Source: Setoptus koraiensis (taxonomy: Eukaryota; Animalia; Arthropoda). From it: 64,000 nucleotides of DNA. This document shows positions 11,167 to 21,200 of the stretch, in pieces. The notes under the pieces are model-generated. The model was given only the letters and a program-made list of their open reading frames with translations. It was not told the origin of the DNA and did no database searches. Made by a program: the position numbers and the translations under genes. The stretch spans positions 12,524,001-12,588,000 of the forward strand of contig CM106586.1 of NCBI GenBank assembly GCA_048013815.1, in the 5' to 3' direction. How positions within the stretch are numbered: the stretch's first letter is position 1; the number at the start of each line of letters is the position of its first letter.

Positions 11167-13615
11167 TGGCTCCCTCCATGAGATGAAGCGTCCTCGCTTC
11201 TTTCTGATAGTACCAGGCCGGAATATAATTTACGCTGTGGTAATAATGTTGGTGATTATAACCTTGCCGGTAATCGAACGTGTCAGTCCTAGTTGAGGCC
11301 GTTATCTGGCGGCCGTCAGCGGGAAATTTCCCGTTGGCAATGCTCCTTGTTCCTCTGTGTTTCCAATGGGTAGCATTATTGGACAATCTCTCTGGATTGT
11401 TCTTGTCCACAATAGTATATATGACTGGTGGTTCCTTATTATCTAATGTAGAGATATTCTGTGTATTTCTTCCACCATTCAGTCTGATCGAATGGATGCC
11501 AGGTTTTCGGTTTGGATTTCTTCTCCTTCCGTTACCCACTCGGTTCCTGGTTCTCGGTAGTTTCTGTTGTAATACTGTCGCATGAATATTACTACTGTCA
11601 TCAACCACGTTGGTCAGAGTTGAGCTCAGAGGCACCTTCTCCAGGCGGAAATTTCCGCTTGGAGTGAGCTCGCCATGTTTCTGTTTCGACACATTCTGTC
11701 GTTTCATGTTTTCAACTTCGGTGCCTTTTACTATGCCTATGTTTGGGTTTCTACGACTAGTGTTTGTAGGATTAGGCGCATGTCTACCTTGCACGATGAC
11801 TGGTCTGTTCCCGTCATAGGCTACTCCTATGTTGAACAGAGCAAACAGATCCAGTCCCCACAGTACATCGCTCTGATCTTTATCATTGACTACAGCCACT
11901 AATAAGGCCTTTGTCTGCCTGTTGCACTCTATTACAACTGGCGCCAGACCGATTGTTCTAAGTGAACTCTTGCACGCCGTGGTGAAGTTCACACGTTTGG
12001 AGACGATCGTTACATTCAATCGTTTGGCTACTGACTCTGGAAATATCGTCATATCAGCACCGCAATCCAAACGTCCTCTTACACGCGTGTTGTTCACGAT
12101 AGTCTCATATATCGGTTTCTTGATTTCCTCGCACAGCATGCTGTCGGTAAATTTGCCGACAGCAGAGGCTACAGTGCGTGTGACGCCAGTAACTTGGCGC
12201 CTAACTTTTGCGCTCGTTTGGTGCTCAGCCTTGTTATCATCATAACAATCTGATGAATCATGTTGATCATTTACACAATTATCGATACTATTGTGACCAA
12301 CGAATGAAACTGCTCTCCCTTCTCGCGAGGCTAGGAAATTGCGTTTGTTAGATGCAATCCTATTGTCGTCTTTCGGCTGAGTGCAGTCTTTGAGTAGATG
12401 GCCTTTGCCATTGCAGTTATAGCATAACAGCGAGAATCTTTTGTAGTCATTCTGCCGGGTTTTGGGGCTCTTCGTAACAGCACCACTTTGTTCCGGTTTA
12501 CTACCTGTTGGTCGTTGCCGTTCATGCTCATCGCTGGGAAATTTCCCAGCCGATGCTTCGGTATCCTCTTCTGGTTGGATTGACCACTTCTTCAATTGTG
12601 TTCGCAACCATTCAAGGTTCATCTGCTCCTTGGAAATGTTGCAGGTAATGGTATTTGTGATGTTACAGTCTAAACCACGAAGACACCATTCTATCTTCTC
12701 TCGTTCTGCCATTTCGACGTTGTAGTCTCGGCAGTACCCGAGTACTCTGAGGAGATAAGTGAAAGGTCGCTCATCTCGGCGTTGTCGGGCCTCGCTCAGG
12801 GTCTTGAATAGTTGAATTGAGGTGTTATTTGAGGAGAAGTCACTTAGGAATTCGCTCTGCAAATTGATCCAACTTATGTCTGGGCGGCGGCTTTTCAATT
12901 CGTAGTACCATTCTTTGGCTTCGTTGGTCAGGTATGCGACCATCCTTCCTTTCTTCTGGGTGTCGTCATAGCCATTTATGGTGCAGGCTTCTGAATAGTC
13001 ACGTAACCAAGCTCTAGCCTGTTTGGGGTCGCCGTTAAATTTAGCCGGCTCCACAGGATGTATGGGGACAGCTCCGCTATATGTTGGTCTCATAGGGGGT
13101 TCATATAGAGATCGTTGAAATGCTTCATCGTTCATTCCTTGATAGGTTGTTCTCCTAATCTCAGATGATGCTCTGTGCGATCGTTCGTCATCTCTTGATG
13201 AACCTGGTGGCATGTATGGCTCACGAGAAATTTCTCGTGGGCCATCATTGTTGCTTCGGAATAAGTTCGAATATTCCGGTGGTTGATCGTTTCGTGGTGG
13301 GATGTTGTTCTCAACGTTAACATTGTTAGTGCGTCCACTTAAAACGGATCCTTGGCTTGTTCTTCTTTGCTGAGCCTCAAATGTAGAGCTAACTGTCTGC
13401 GATACAATTTGGGCTATGTTTGCAGTCAAAGCTGCGTTGTTAGCTGAAATCATGGTGTTGATCACCGATAACAATCTTGGGTTTATCTCGTCATCACCAG
13501 CTCCTGATATAAGGCTTACATTGCCATCATGGTTCGGTGGTGGGACTTGATCCTGATCTTGCTGCTGACCCTGCTGTTGGTCGTCTCTCGTTGTATTTCT
13601 CGTGTTTATTGGCAT
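11162..13615 (-). CDS. Gag-protease polyprotein, 817 aa: retrotransposon Gag capsid, CCHC knuckle, aspartic protease, unknown ~215-aa tail
   Basis: PAKFNGD..ARAWL..AKEWY, CYNCNGKGHLLKDC, RLDCGADMTI..LWGLD. No YxDD (RT), RNase H or integrase motifs. Stop codon lies inside the 3' LTR. Confidence 0.92.
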   Translation of the reverse strand: MPINTRNTTRDDQQQGQQQDQDQVPPPNHDGNVSLISGAGDDEINPRLLSVINTMISANNAALTANIAQIVSQTVSSTFEAQQRRTSQGSVLSGRTNNVNVENNIPPRNDQPPEYSNLFRSNNDGPREISREPYMPPGSSRDDERSHRASSEIRRTTYQGMNDEAFQRSLYEPPMRPTYSGAVPIHPVEPAKFNGDPKQARAWLRDYSEACTINGYDDTQKKGRMVAYLTNEAKEWYYELKSRRPDISWINLQSEFLSDFSSNNTSIQLFKTLSEARQRRDERPFTYLLRVLGYCRDYNVEMAEREKIEWCLRGLDCNITNTITCNISKEQMNLEWLRTQLKKWSIQPEEDTEASAGKFPSDEHERQRPTGSKPEQSGAVTKSPKTRQNDYKRFSLLCYNCNGKGHLLKDCTQPKDDNRIASNKRNFLASREGRAVSFVGHNSIDNCVNDQHDSSDCYDDNKAEHQTSAKVRRQVTGVTRTVASAVGKFTDSMLCEEIKKPIYETIVNNTRVRGRLDCGADMTIFPESVAKRLNVTIVSKRVNFTTACKSSLRTIGLAPVVIECNRQTKALLVAVVNDKDQSDVLWGLDLFALFNIGVAYDGNRPVIVQGRHAPNPTNTSRRNPNIGIVKGTEVENMKRQNVSKQKHGELTPSGNFRLEKVPLSSTLTNVVDDSSNIHATVLQQKLPRTRNRVGNGRRRNPNRKPGIHSIRLNGGRNTQNISTLDNKEPPVIYTIVDKNNPERLSNNATHWKHRGTRSIANGKFPADGRQITASTRTDTFDYRQGYNHQHYYHSVNYIPAWYYQKEARTLHLMEGAM

Positions 13616-13635
13616 CTTGAGGTGCCTTTAATTTT

Positions 13636-13707
13636 GACTTTGATGTCTGTAAATTGCGACTTTGATGTCTTCTGTATTGACTTTGATGTCTTTTGTTTTG
13701 ACTTTGA
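13636..13707. repeat. GACTTTGATGTCT x3 plus a partial copy (21-22 bp period) in the retroelement 5' leader
   Basis: Copies at 13636, 13658, 13679 and partial at 13700. Confidence 0.85.
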
Positions 13708-13714
13708 CTTGCTG

Positions 13715-13738
13715 TGGACTAGGAAATTTCCTAGTCCA
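13715..13738. other. Perfect 24-bp palindrome TGGACTAGGAAATTTCCTAGTCCA in the retroelement leader
   Basis: Reverse complement checked base by base. Confidence 0.9.
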
Positions 13739-13875
13739 GTAAGTTTAAGTTTGGGGTGCCTAATATTTGATCACGGAGTGCGTTTCACCTCCGGACTTGA
13801 TACTTCTAATTATCGGTATTCGATATAACTATTATTCTAAACTATAATTCTAAACTTTTATTTCCCTAGAGCGTC

Positions 13876-13893
13876 ATCCACCCGTTGACGCCA
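13876..13893 (-). other. Primer-binding site (18 nt, TGGCGTCAACGGGTGGAT), 3 nt from the 5' LTR; complementary to a tRNA 3' end, tRNA-Asn-like
   Basis: Plus strand ATCCACC-CGTTGAC-G-CCA has the layout of tRNA positions 59-76. TCCACC T-stem and G discriminator resemble animal tRNA-Asn. Confidence 0.75.
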
Positions 13894-13896
13894 ATT

Positions 13897-14120
13897 TGTA
13901 ACGACCAAATCGTTCAGTCGGTACAAGATATACTAATATGACGCTGAGGGAGGTTTACTTTAGCTGTTAGATGTTTATTGTATGAGAGTTGAAGCACAAG
14001 TGAAGTGTTTGAGATACAAACACTACTATTTATATGCGGTTGGTGAATATAAGAGTATGGATATGTCCGTGCGTGGATATGGACATGTGAATATTCAACA
14101 GCGATAACGCTGGCGTTACA
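13897..14120 (-). repeat. 5' LTR (224 bp)
   Basis: Direct repeat of 10943-11166. Confidence 0.97.
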
Positions 14121-14397
14121 AGGTCACCGACTGAAGCGCCATAGTGCGTTCGAGCAATCAACTAAAAGTGACCATGTTTCGCATGTGCGACTGAAGTCCG
14201 CACGTGTGTCTTGTGCGCATTTTTAGACCACATGGTCTGGTTTATAGAGATGTATCGCTTGCAACAGCAATGATGTCGCCCTTATCGAATAAACCCTCAT
14301 TTAAATGATTTCATCAAATGGATTTAATGTTCACATACATAAACTGGTCATATGTATCCAAATTAATTGTTTTTTGCTGCTTCTAGACTCAACCGTC

Positions 14398-15399
14398 ATG
14401 ACAACTTTCGCCGAAAGTCTGAAATTATACGGCAAACTCAGGACCTGTTCCATAGCATTTCCCTCTTCCATCTTCGATAACACACCAGCTCCACAACTAG
14501 AGGCCTATCTGGTGGGTCAGATCGCGAGAGCAGCAACCATATTCCATATTCAAGAGATCATAATATACGATGAGGAGACCAATACAGACAAGTGCAAGAT
14601 TGAGAAAATCGTCAAACTTTTCGAATATGCCGAATGTCCTCAATATCTTAGGAAAGACATATTTGCAATAGAGCCAGATCTCAAATTTGCCGGAATGATA
14701 AATCCGCTGGAAGCACAGCACCACCTTCGAACTAGCCAATTAGATTGTCCTTATAGAGAAGGCATCACAGTCAATTCTGGCCCAGACACTTCGGAGGTAA
14801 ATATCGGCCTTAGTAAACCTGTCGAAGTTCCAGGTATCCACGAGCCAGCCACCAGAGTGACCGTCAAAGTCGATCCCAATGATCTAGTTAAGATGCAATC
14901 TATGCTAGGAAAGCATTCGGTCAAGAGGGTCCAGGCGCAGGTTGTGTCTCCTTCAGAACCATTGGCCAAATTGAGATTGTTTTGGGGCTACTATGTTAGA
15001 TCCGCCGATAGTCTATCTCAAGTATTTAGCAAAAACACATTTCTACCTGAAAAGAAGAATTTCTATGATTTGATCATTGGAACATCGGAGCGAGGTACTG
15101 TCATTGATGAGGTGAACTTCATAGCAGAGGAGAAGAACGGCGAAAATGAGGGAAGTAGTCATAAGAGCAAAAAGAGTAAAAAGGATGTGAATCAGCATAT
15201 ATTGGTTGTATTCGGGGGTGTTCGTGGCCTCGAATATTCGATGAGCAAGGACCCTAACTTGAAGGGTGTCACCGATGTGTCTAAACTATTCCATCATTAT
15301 ATCAACACGTGTCCCAATCAGGGATCCAATACAATCCGTACTGAGGAGGCCATCTTGATAACTTTGTCAGCATTACGACCCAAATTAAACTTAACTTAA
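14398..15399 (+). CDS. SPOUT1: SPOUT-domain methyltransferase (C9orf114/CENP-32 orthologue), 333 aa, intronless
   Basis: SIAFPSSIFDN, LVGQIARAATIF, ECPQYLRK, GMINPLEAQHH, FWGYYVR, GTSERG, VVFGG, INTCPNQGSNTIRTEEA. The in-frame upstream ATG at 14305 adds a non-conserved segment. Confidence 0.93.
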   Translation: MTTFAESLKLYGKLRTCSIAFPSSIFDNTPAPQLEAYLVGQIARAATIFHIQEIIIYDEETNTDKCKIEKIVKLFEYAECPQYLRKDIFAIEPDLKFAGMINPLEAQHHLRTSQLDCPYREGITVNSGPDTSEVNIGLSKPVEVPGIHEPATRVTVKVDPNDLVKMQSMLGKHSVKRVQAQVVSPSEPLAKLRLFWGYYVRSADSLSQVFSKNTFLPEKKNFYDLIIGTSERGTVIDEVNFIAEEKNGENEGSSHKSKKSKKDVNQHILVVFGGVRGLEYSMSKDPNLKGVTDVSKLFHHYINTCPNQGSNTIRTEEAILITLSALRPKLNLT

Positions 15400-15920
15400 A
15401 AATTATTACTTGTTTGTTTATGTCTGTTCCAAAACGGGAAACTATTTTCAGTCTCTCGAGTTTTTTAACTTTTGAATATGTCGTGAATATATAAAAATGT
15501 AACCTGATATTTATAAATAGACTTTTACTCGATTTGAATTGAGCGCGCTGGCTCTCAATGGAAAATCGGCATACCGATTCCATTGTACACAGAAGCATTG
15601 AAAAATCACCATCTTTAACGTGTGCAGGAACAAAAATGCGTGGGGCACAGAGAGAAATTTAGTTTATTGCTCCTTGAGTTCGACCAGCCAAATACCAAGG
15701 AAATTTTCCGGCAAAACAACGTTGTGCGTGATGGAAAACACAATCTGTGCGTGCCACAGTACAATTGGTGCATTGTGCTGTTCAAGCATAATGTAATGAA
15801 TTGCGCTCGTCCCATAGGTCATGAAACATGTGAGGACGATAGTATGTCCACCTGCTATTTTATACCAAGTATTTAAATCTAAAGGCCTAATCTCACTTAT
15901 TTGATGATAAAATTGTTAGG

Positions 15921-18122
15921 ATGGCGGAACATGGAAATGACACTAGCAATGATGCGACAACAAATCCGCTAGACGTATTCCTAGCATCGGAACTGGGAGC
16001 CAGAGCTGTTGCCAAAATACAAAATAAAAAGTATGATACCGAATCATGGAGCATACTTATCAAGGAGGCGGCTCAAAAAAACATCCAAGATGTTCGACCA
16101 TTTTATGAGGAACTAGTCAAATTGTTTCCAACATGTGGAAGGTTCTGGAGGGCCTATGTGGAGCATGAATTAAAATTAAAGCGCTACGATCGTGTTGAGA
16201 AACTGTTCACGCGTTGTCTCATCAAAGTTCTCAACATTGATCTTTGGAAATGTTATTTGAACTATATAAAGGAGGCTAAAGCTGATCAACCACAATTTAA
16301 TGAAAGAATGGGCCAAGCTTATGACTTCGCGTTGGACAAAATTGGCGTCGACGCCTTTTCTTACACTGTCTGGAATGATTATGTTCAATTCCTAAGAGAT
16401 TCCGAAGTTAATGGTTCATATATGGAAAATCAAAAAATTACTGCTGTAAGAAGGGCCTATCAACGAGGAGTAGTCAATCCTATGATACACATCGAGGCTT
16501 TATGGAAAGATTATATCGCTTACGAGCAAAGTATAAATCCTCTTATAGCCGAGAGGATGATACAAGATAGGAGTAGAGACTATATGAACGCACGCAGAGT
16601 TGCTAAAGAATGGGAAGTAACTATTAGAGGTCTAAATAGATCTATGCCTTCTGTCCCTCCTACTGGCTCACCTGACGAGCTACGTCAAGTAGAGATTTGG
16701 CGGAAATACATTCAATGGGAAAAATCAAATCCTCTAAGAACGGAGGATAATTTAGTGATATTAAAAAGGGTTGTATATGCCTACGAACAGTGTCTTCTGT
16801 GCTTGGGACACCAGCCAGATGTTTGGTACGAATATGCTACATTCCTCGAAGAACAGAGCAGGCTGATGAGCGATAAAGGTGATGTAAATAAATGTAAACA
16901 ACTACAAGATGATGTCGCTGCAGTATACGAAAGAGCAATAAAAGGGCTCCTACGCGAATGTTTACTCTTGCATTTTGCATTTGCTGATTTTGAAGAAGCA
17001 CTTAATGAACGTCAAAAGGCTACGAAAATCTACGATAATTTAATAGCGCAAGGTCATGAGCAAGGAAGCCAGATAGATTTGACTTTAGTCTACATACAGT
17101 ACATGAAGTTTACTAGGAGGACGGAGGGTATTATAGCTGCTCGTGGGATCTTTAAAAAAGCTAGGGACGACCCAAAATGTAAACATCAGATATACACTGC
17201 TGCAGCGTTAATGGAATATTCATGTAACAAGCAACATTTACCACCCTGCAAGATATTCGAGATTGGTCTAAAAAAGTTCAGTTCTTGCCCTGATTATATC
17301 TTGTCATATATACATTTTGTAAGTCAACTAAATGAGGAGAATAACACTCGAGTTTTATTTGAGAGAGTCTTGACGACAGGTTCTCTGCAACCTAAAGATA
17401 CTATTGAGATTTGGAACAGTTTCTTGGAGTTCGAATCTAATATCGGCGACTTATCAAGTATCATTAAAGTCGAGAAGAGAAGGGCGCAAGCCTTAGAAAA
17501 AGTTTTGTCATGTTGCACCGACACCTCCTGGGTAGTTGATAGGTACAAGTTTCAGGATTTAGTTCCTTGTAGTTTACCAGAGTTGAGAAGCATAGGTTAT
17601 GAGCCTCGACAATCTATAACTTCTCCAAGTTCATTGCAAGGCTTGATATCAGCATTGTCTCTAAATACTGCTTCTTCTATGGGTCAAATGCAACAGATGA
17701 CTCATAGACAACAAAACGGAAACCAAAAAGGAGGACCTAGATCCAATAGTGATCTTTTAAATAATTACAGCCAGGCTTATGACATCTTGCTCAATTCAGA
17801 TTCTAATCCAGCATCAAACCTCTTATCTAGCCAGAGCTCTATATGTCAACCTAATCTGAATCAGATGTTGCCCTTTAAGCCCTGTATAACATCAACATCA
17901 GGATCTCATACTGTTCAGGGTGGAGTGTTCCCACCTCCACCGAGCGTCAAATCCTTATTAAGCCGACTCCCTCCACCTGGCACATTTTGGGGACCTTTCG
18001 TAGACATAGACGAGCTTATGAATCTATTTCGTCAAATCGACTTCGATCAACTTTACGCATCCTTCCAAGAATCAAGACGCGAAATGAAAAGAGCTAAGAA
18101 AATGCCAAGAAATGGTGATTGA
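15921..18122 (+). CDS. CSTF3: Cleavage stimulation factor 77 kDa subunit (suppressor of forked), 733 aa, intronless
   Basis: HAT repeats (FWRAYVEHELK, LWKCYLNYI, WRKYIQWEKSNPLRTED, YEQCLLCLGHQPDVW) and C-terminal GGVFPPPP. Confidence 0.96.
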   Translation: MAEHGNDTSNDATTNPLDVFLASELGARAVAKIQNKKYDTESWSILIKEAAQKNIQDVRPFYEELVKLFPTCGRFWRAYVEHELKLKRYDRVEKLFTRCLIKVLNIDLWKCYLNYIKEAKADQPQFNERMGQAYDFALDKIGVDAFSYTVWNDYVQFLRDSEVNGSYMENQKITAVRRAYQRGVVNPMIHIEALWKDYIAYEQSINPLIAERMIQDRSRDYMNARRVAKEWEVTIRGLNRSMPSVPPTGSPDELRQVEIWRKYIQWEKSNPLRTEDNLVILKRVVYAYEQCLLCLGHQPDVWYEYATFLEEQSRLMSDKGDVNKCKQLQDDVAAVYERAIKGLLRECLLLHFAFADFEEALNERQKATKIYDNLIAQGHEQGSQIDLTLVYIQYMKFTRRTEGIIAARGIFKKARDDPKCKHQIYTAAALMEYSCNKQHLPPCKIFEIGLKKFSSCPDYILSYIHFVSQLNEENNTRVLFERVLTTGSLQPKDTIEIWNSFLEFESNIGDLSSIIKVEKRRAQALEKVLSCCTDTSWVVDRYKFQDLVPCSLPELRSIGYEPRQSITSPSSLQGLISALSLNTASSMGQMQQMTHRQQNGNQKGGPRSNSDLLNNYSQAYDILLNSDSNPASNLLSSQSSICQPNLNQMLPFKPCITSTSGSHTVQGGVFPPPPSVKSLLSRLPPPGTFWGPFVDIDELMNLFRQIDFDQLYASFQESRREMKRAKKMPRNGD

Positions 18123-18200
18123 ATATTTGATGTTTCACTCATTTATTATAAAGAATATTCTTTGTACATTAAAGAACTGAACCTATCTCTCAAGATCTCT

Positions 18201-21200
18201 TCAAGTTTGTTGTTCCGACATCATAAAAGCTACGGCTTCCTCTTTTTTGACCTTTCTAGAATTACTACACTGTTCTCTTGAAGAATACTCCATCCTGAAA
18301 AAGGTATCAGCATGATTGAGGAACTCGGGTCTGAAAGTCGATGCGATGAATTGACTATCCTTACATTTAGATCTGATTAATTTTCCAACAGAGTGCCTGA
18401 ACTCCGGATCTAGAGCCTGGTCGATCTCGTCGAAAACGTAGAACGGTGAGGGATCGCACTCTTGAATCGCGAATACTAACGCCAATGCGACAAGTGTTTT
18501 CTGTCCTCCAGAGAGACAGCGTACATTTTTTGATTCGAATTTTGTAGTATCAAAAGAACAGCATATATCTAAACCGACAAATGCTTCAGTATCGGTGAGT
18601 ATTGAATCCTCTGGACTGAAAACTCGGCTAATAGATTGAGTATTTCCATGTCTAGGTACAGCTCTAATCAACAATTTGGCATCTCCATTTTCGCCAACTA
18701 GTTTTTTAAATATTGATGTGAAACTGTTTGATACTTGGGTTAAAGTATGAACGATAGCTTCCGTCTTAGTTTGGTCTAATTTGTCGGTAAGAGCTTTGAT
18801 CGATTCATACTCGTTAACTCGCTCTATTTTATGCTCCTCTATCTCTTCCTTTCTTGCTGCCAATTGTTGATACAAAGATAAACTCTTGAAATCTACTTTC
18901 CGTTGAAGTTCATGGCTTGTCTTCAAATCATGTAGGATGGTCCGCAGCTGATCCAATGTGCGGCTAGCATATCGTGAAAATCTCCAAGGAACTGTTCCGA
19001 AAGAACTTAAATATATCTTCGATTGAGCCAAACGTTCATTGGCCGCATCTATCAACAATCTCCTCTTAAGTTCCTCTTTATTTTGATTTAGCATCTTGAC
19101 TCTAATCTCTTGTAGAGTGTTTCCACTGGATTCTAAGATTGAGGTTGTTTCTTCTATTTTCTCCTCAAGCTCCTCTGCTTCAGCCTGCAGCTTCTGTATC
19201 TTCGAGCTTAAGTCTGCTACTTTGGAGTCTATTTCTTTATACCTTTCTTTTGCTACCTTAAGTTTCTGATCCCTGCAATCAAACACTATCGATTGCAGAT
19301 CTTGGACAATCTCATCTCTTTTTCTATACAGATTCTCTTCGAGTAGACTTGTTGCAGATAATAAAAGCAACTCACAATTCTTCTTTTCAACCAATAACTC
19401 TCTCCTCTTTTCAGCCAGAAAACGCACCTCATGATTTAATTTGTTCAAAGCGTCTTGATCTACCGACTGCGCTTGACTAGTGGGCATAGGTTGATTCAGT
19501 TCCTCCTGTAAATCATGTATTCTTATATTGATGAAACTCACTTCTGCTTTGTGCTTCAGTTGAGCATCCTCTTTGACAGATAAAGATTTCCTTAATTCGT
19601 TTATATTATCTCTAGCCATCCTTATATCTACATTGACACGTTCATAATTCTCTCTGTTGAGATTCTTCTCATGCTCCAGAGATGAAATTTTCGTGTCGGA
19701 TTCCTCAATTTTCTTAGTAAGAGAATCTACCTCATGTTTGCAAGTCTTAATCTGCGTTCCATATTCATCGAGCTCTTTGACATTCCCTATGTATGATCTA
19801 TATAAATTCAGTTTGGCTCTATTATGGGATACATACCCGCCCGTCATTTCACCTTTTTGGGACACTTTATCACCGTCCAAAGTTACAGCCAAAACAGATT
19901 TATCTGCTTGGAAGAGACTTCTGATATGTTCTAGATTTTTTACAATTACGGAGCGCCCGAATAAAAACTCGAAAATCTTTCTATTTTTCTCCTCAAAGTG
20001 AATCTGTTCAATTAAAAGTTTTCCATTGTCTCCGATGGATTTTTTGTTTGGAAGAATTGTGCTCCTTATTTTATCCCTAACAACAAAAAATACCTCGCCT
20101 TGGTATGCATTAGACCTCATAGCAGTCAGTATGGCTTGAGCTGTCTCTGAGTCATCTACTATGTGATAGAAGAGGAGCTTCCCGCCTACGATGTCCACTG
20201 CTGCATCGAACGCTGACGGCGACGAAAAATTTTGTATCACAAGTCCGTCACATTTGTCCCGTAGCGAAGCAAAGTTCGTCGAGCTTAATATTTTCTCAAC
20301 ATTTTTCCATCCTTGATAAATACTACGTCCCATCCTGAATGATAGAACCGACTCAGTTTTCTTGAGAGATAGTAATGATTGGTCATATAGATCTTGAACT
20401 TTAACTTCGCGTCTCCAAATATCTGCTCTTCTCGCTACCAGCTTATCTCTTTCTTGTTTCAGGTCGAAGATACTGACCGACGAGTTTTCATGACTCACTA
20501 CGCTCCTTTGAAGGTTCTCTTTTAGTGAGGACAAACGCCTCTCTAAATCTAGCACACTTTGTTTATCGTGGTCAATAGATGTGTTAAGATTGGCTATGGA
20601 AGCCTGTTGCTCTTTCAATGTTTCATTGAGAGCTGATATTTGAGATAGAATCCAGTGATCGCGTTCGGATTTAGATGAAAACTGAGTGCTTCTGCCCTGT
20701 CTGTTGAACATGTCAGCTCTCTTCTGTTCGTTGATGGCTAACTGTTGAACAAAATTGGAATCCTGAGCCCGTAGCTCGTCCATCTTGGGTTGCAATTCTT
20801 TGATACGCGATAGTTTTTCTTTAATTCGCTCCTCTACCACCTCTAATTGTTTTTCCAATTTCTCTCTAAGCTTTTCATCAGACGGAACTTGAGATTCCAG
20901 ATCGGCAATTTCAGACTCTAATTTAGATTTTTCGCTGAACATATCCCTGTAGCCTGAATTGTAATCATCAAATAGATGCTTGTTTATTAAGAGCTGCTTC
21001 CTCATATCTCTGAGTTGTTCATTGAGCGTTGCAATATTTTGTTCCGCTTGCTCGTGTTGTGTGCGATAATCAATTTCTGAGATCATGGAGTTGAGTTCAT
21101 TGTGTAGACGTTTCACTTTTGCTTTCTCCTGTTTCATTGAACGCATAACTATTATATATTCTAAAGCTCTGATCTCTTTGTCTTTCTCTGTGTACGCGGC

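Larger units (their letters stand above)
10943..14120 (-). mobile_element. Complete non-autonomous Ty3/gypsy-type LTR retrotransposon, 3178 bp, Gag-protease only (TR-GAG-like)
   Basis: Two 224-bp LTRs that look identical, TG..CA termini with a 7-bp inverted repeat (TGTAACG/CGTTACA), 4-bp TSD AGGT (10939-10942 and 14121-14124), PBS, short PPT, single ORF. Confidence 0.96.

Noticed and set aside
11600-11820. Frameshifted RT or integrase after the protease
   Set aside because: Both alternative frames hit stops just after the protease and I saw no RT or integrase motifs, so Pol is judged absent rather than frameshifted.
14305-14397. N-terminal extension of SPOUT1 in the ORF track
   Set aside because: Non-conserved AT-rich segment; ATG 14398 directly precedes the recognisable domain. 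Likewise TTG/GTG track starts (e.g. 2572, 9913, 22644, 25881, 39365, 51861) were not used as eukaryotic starts.
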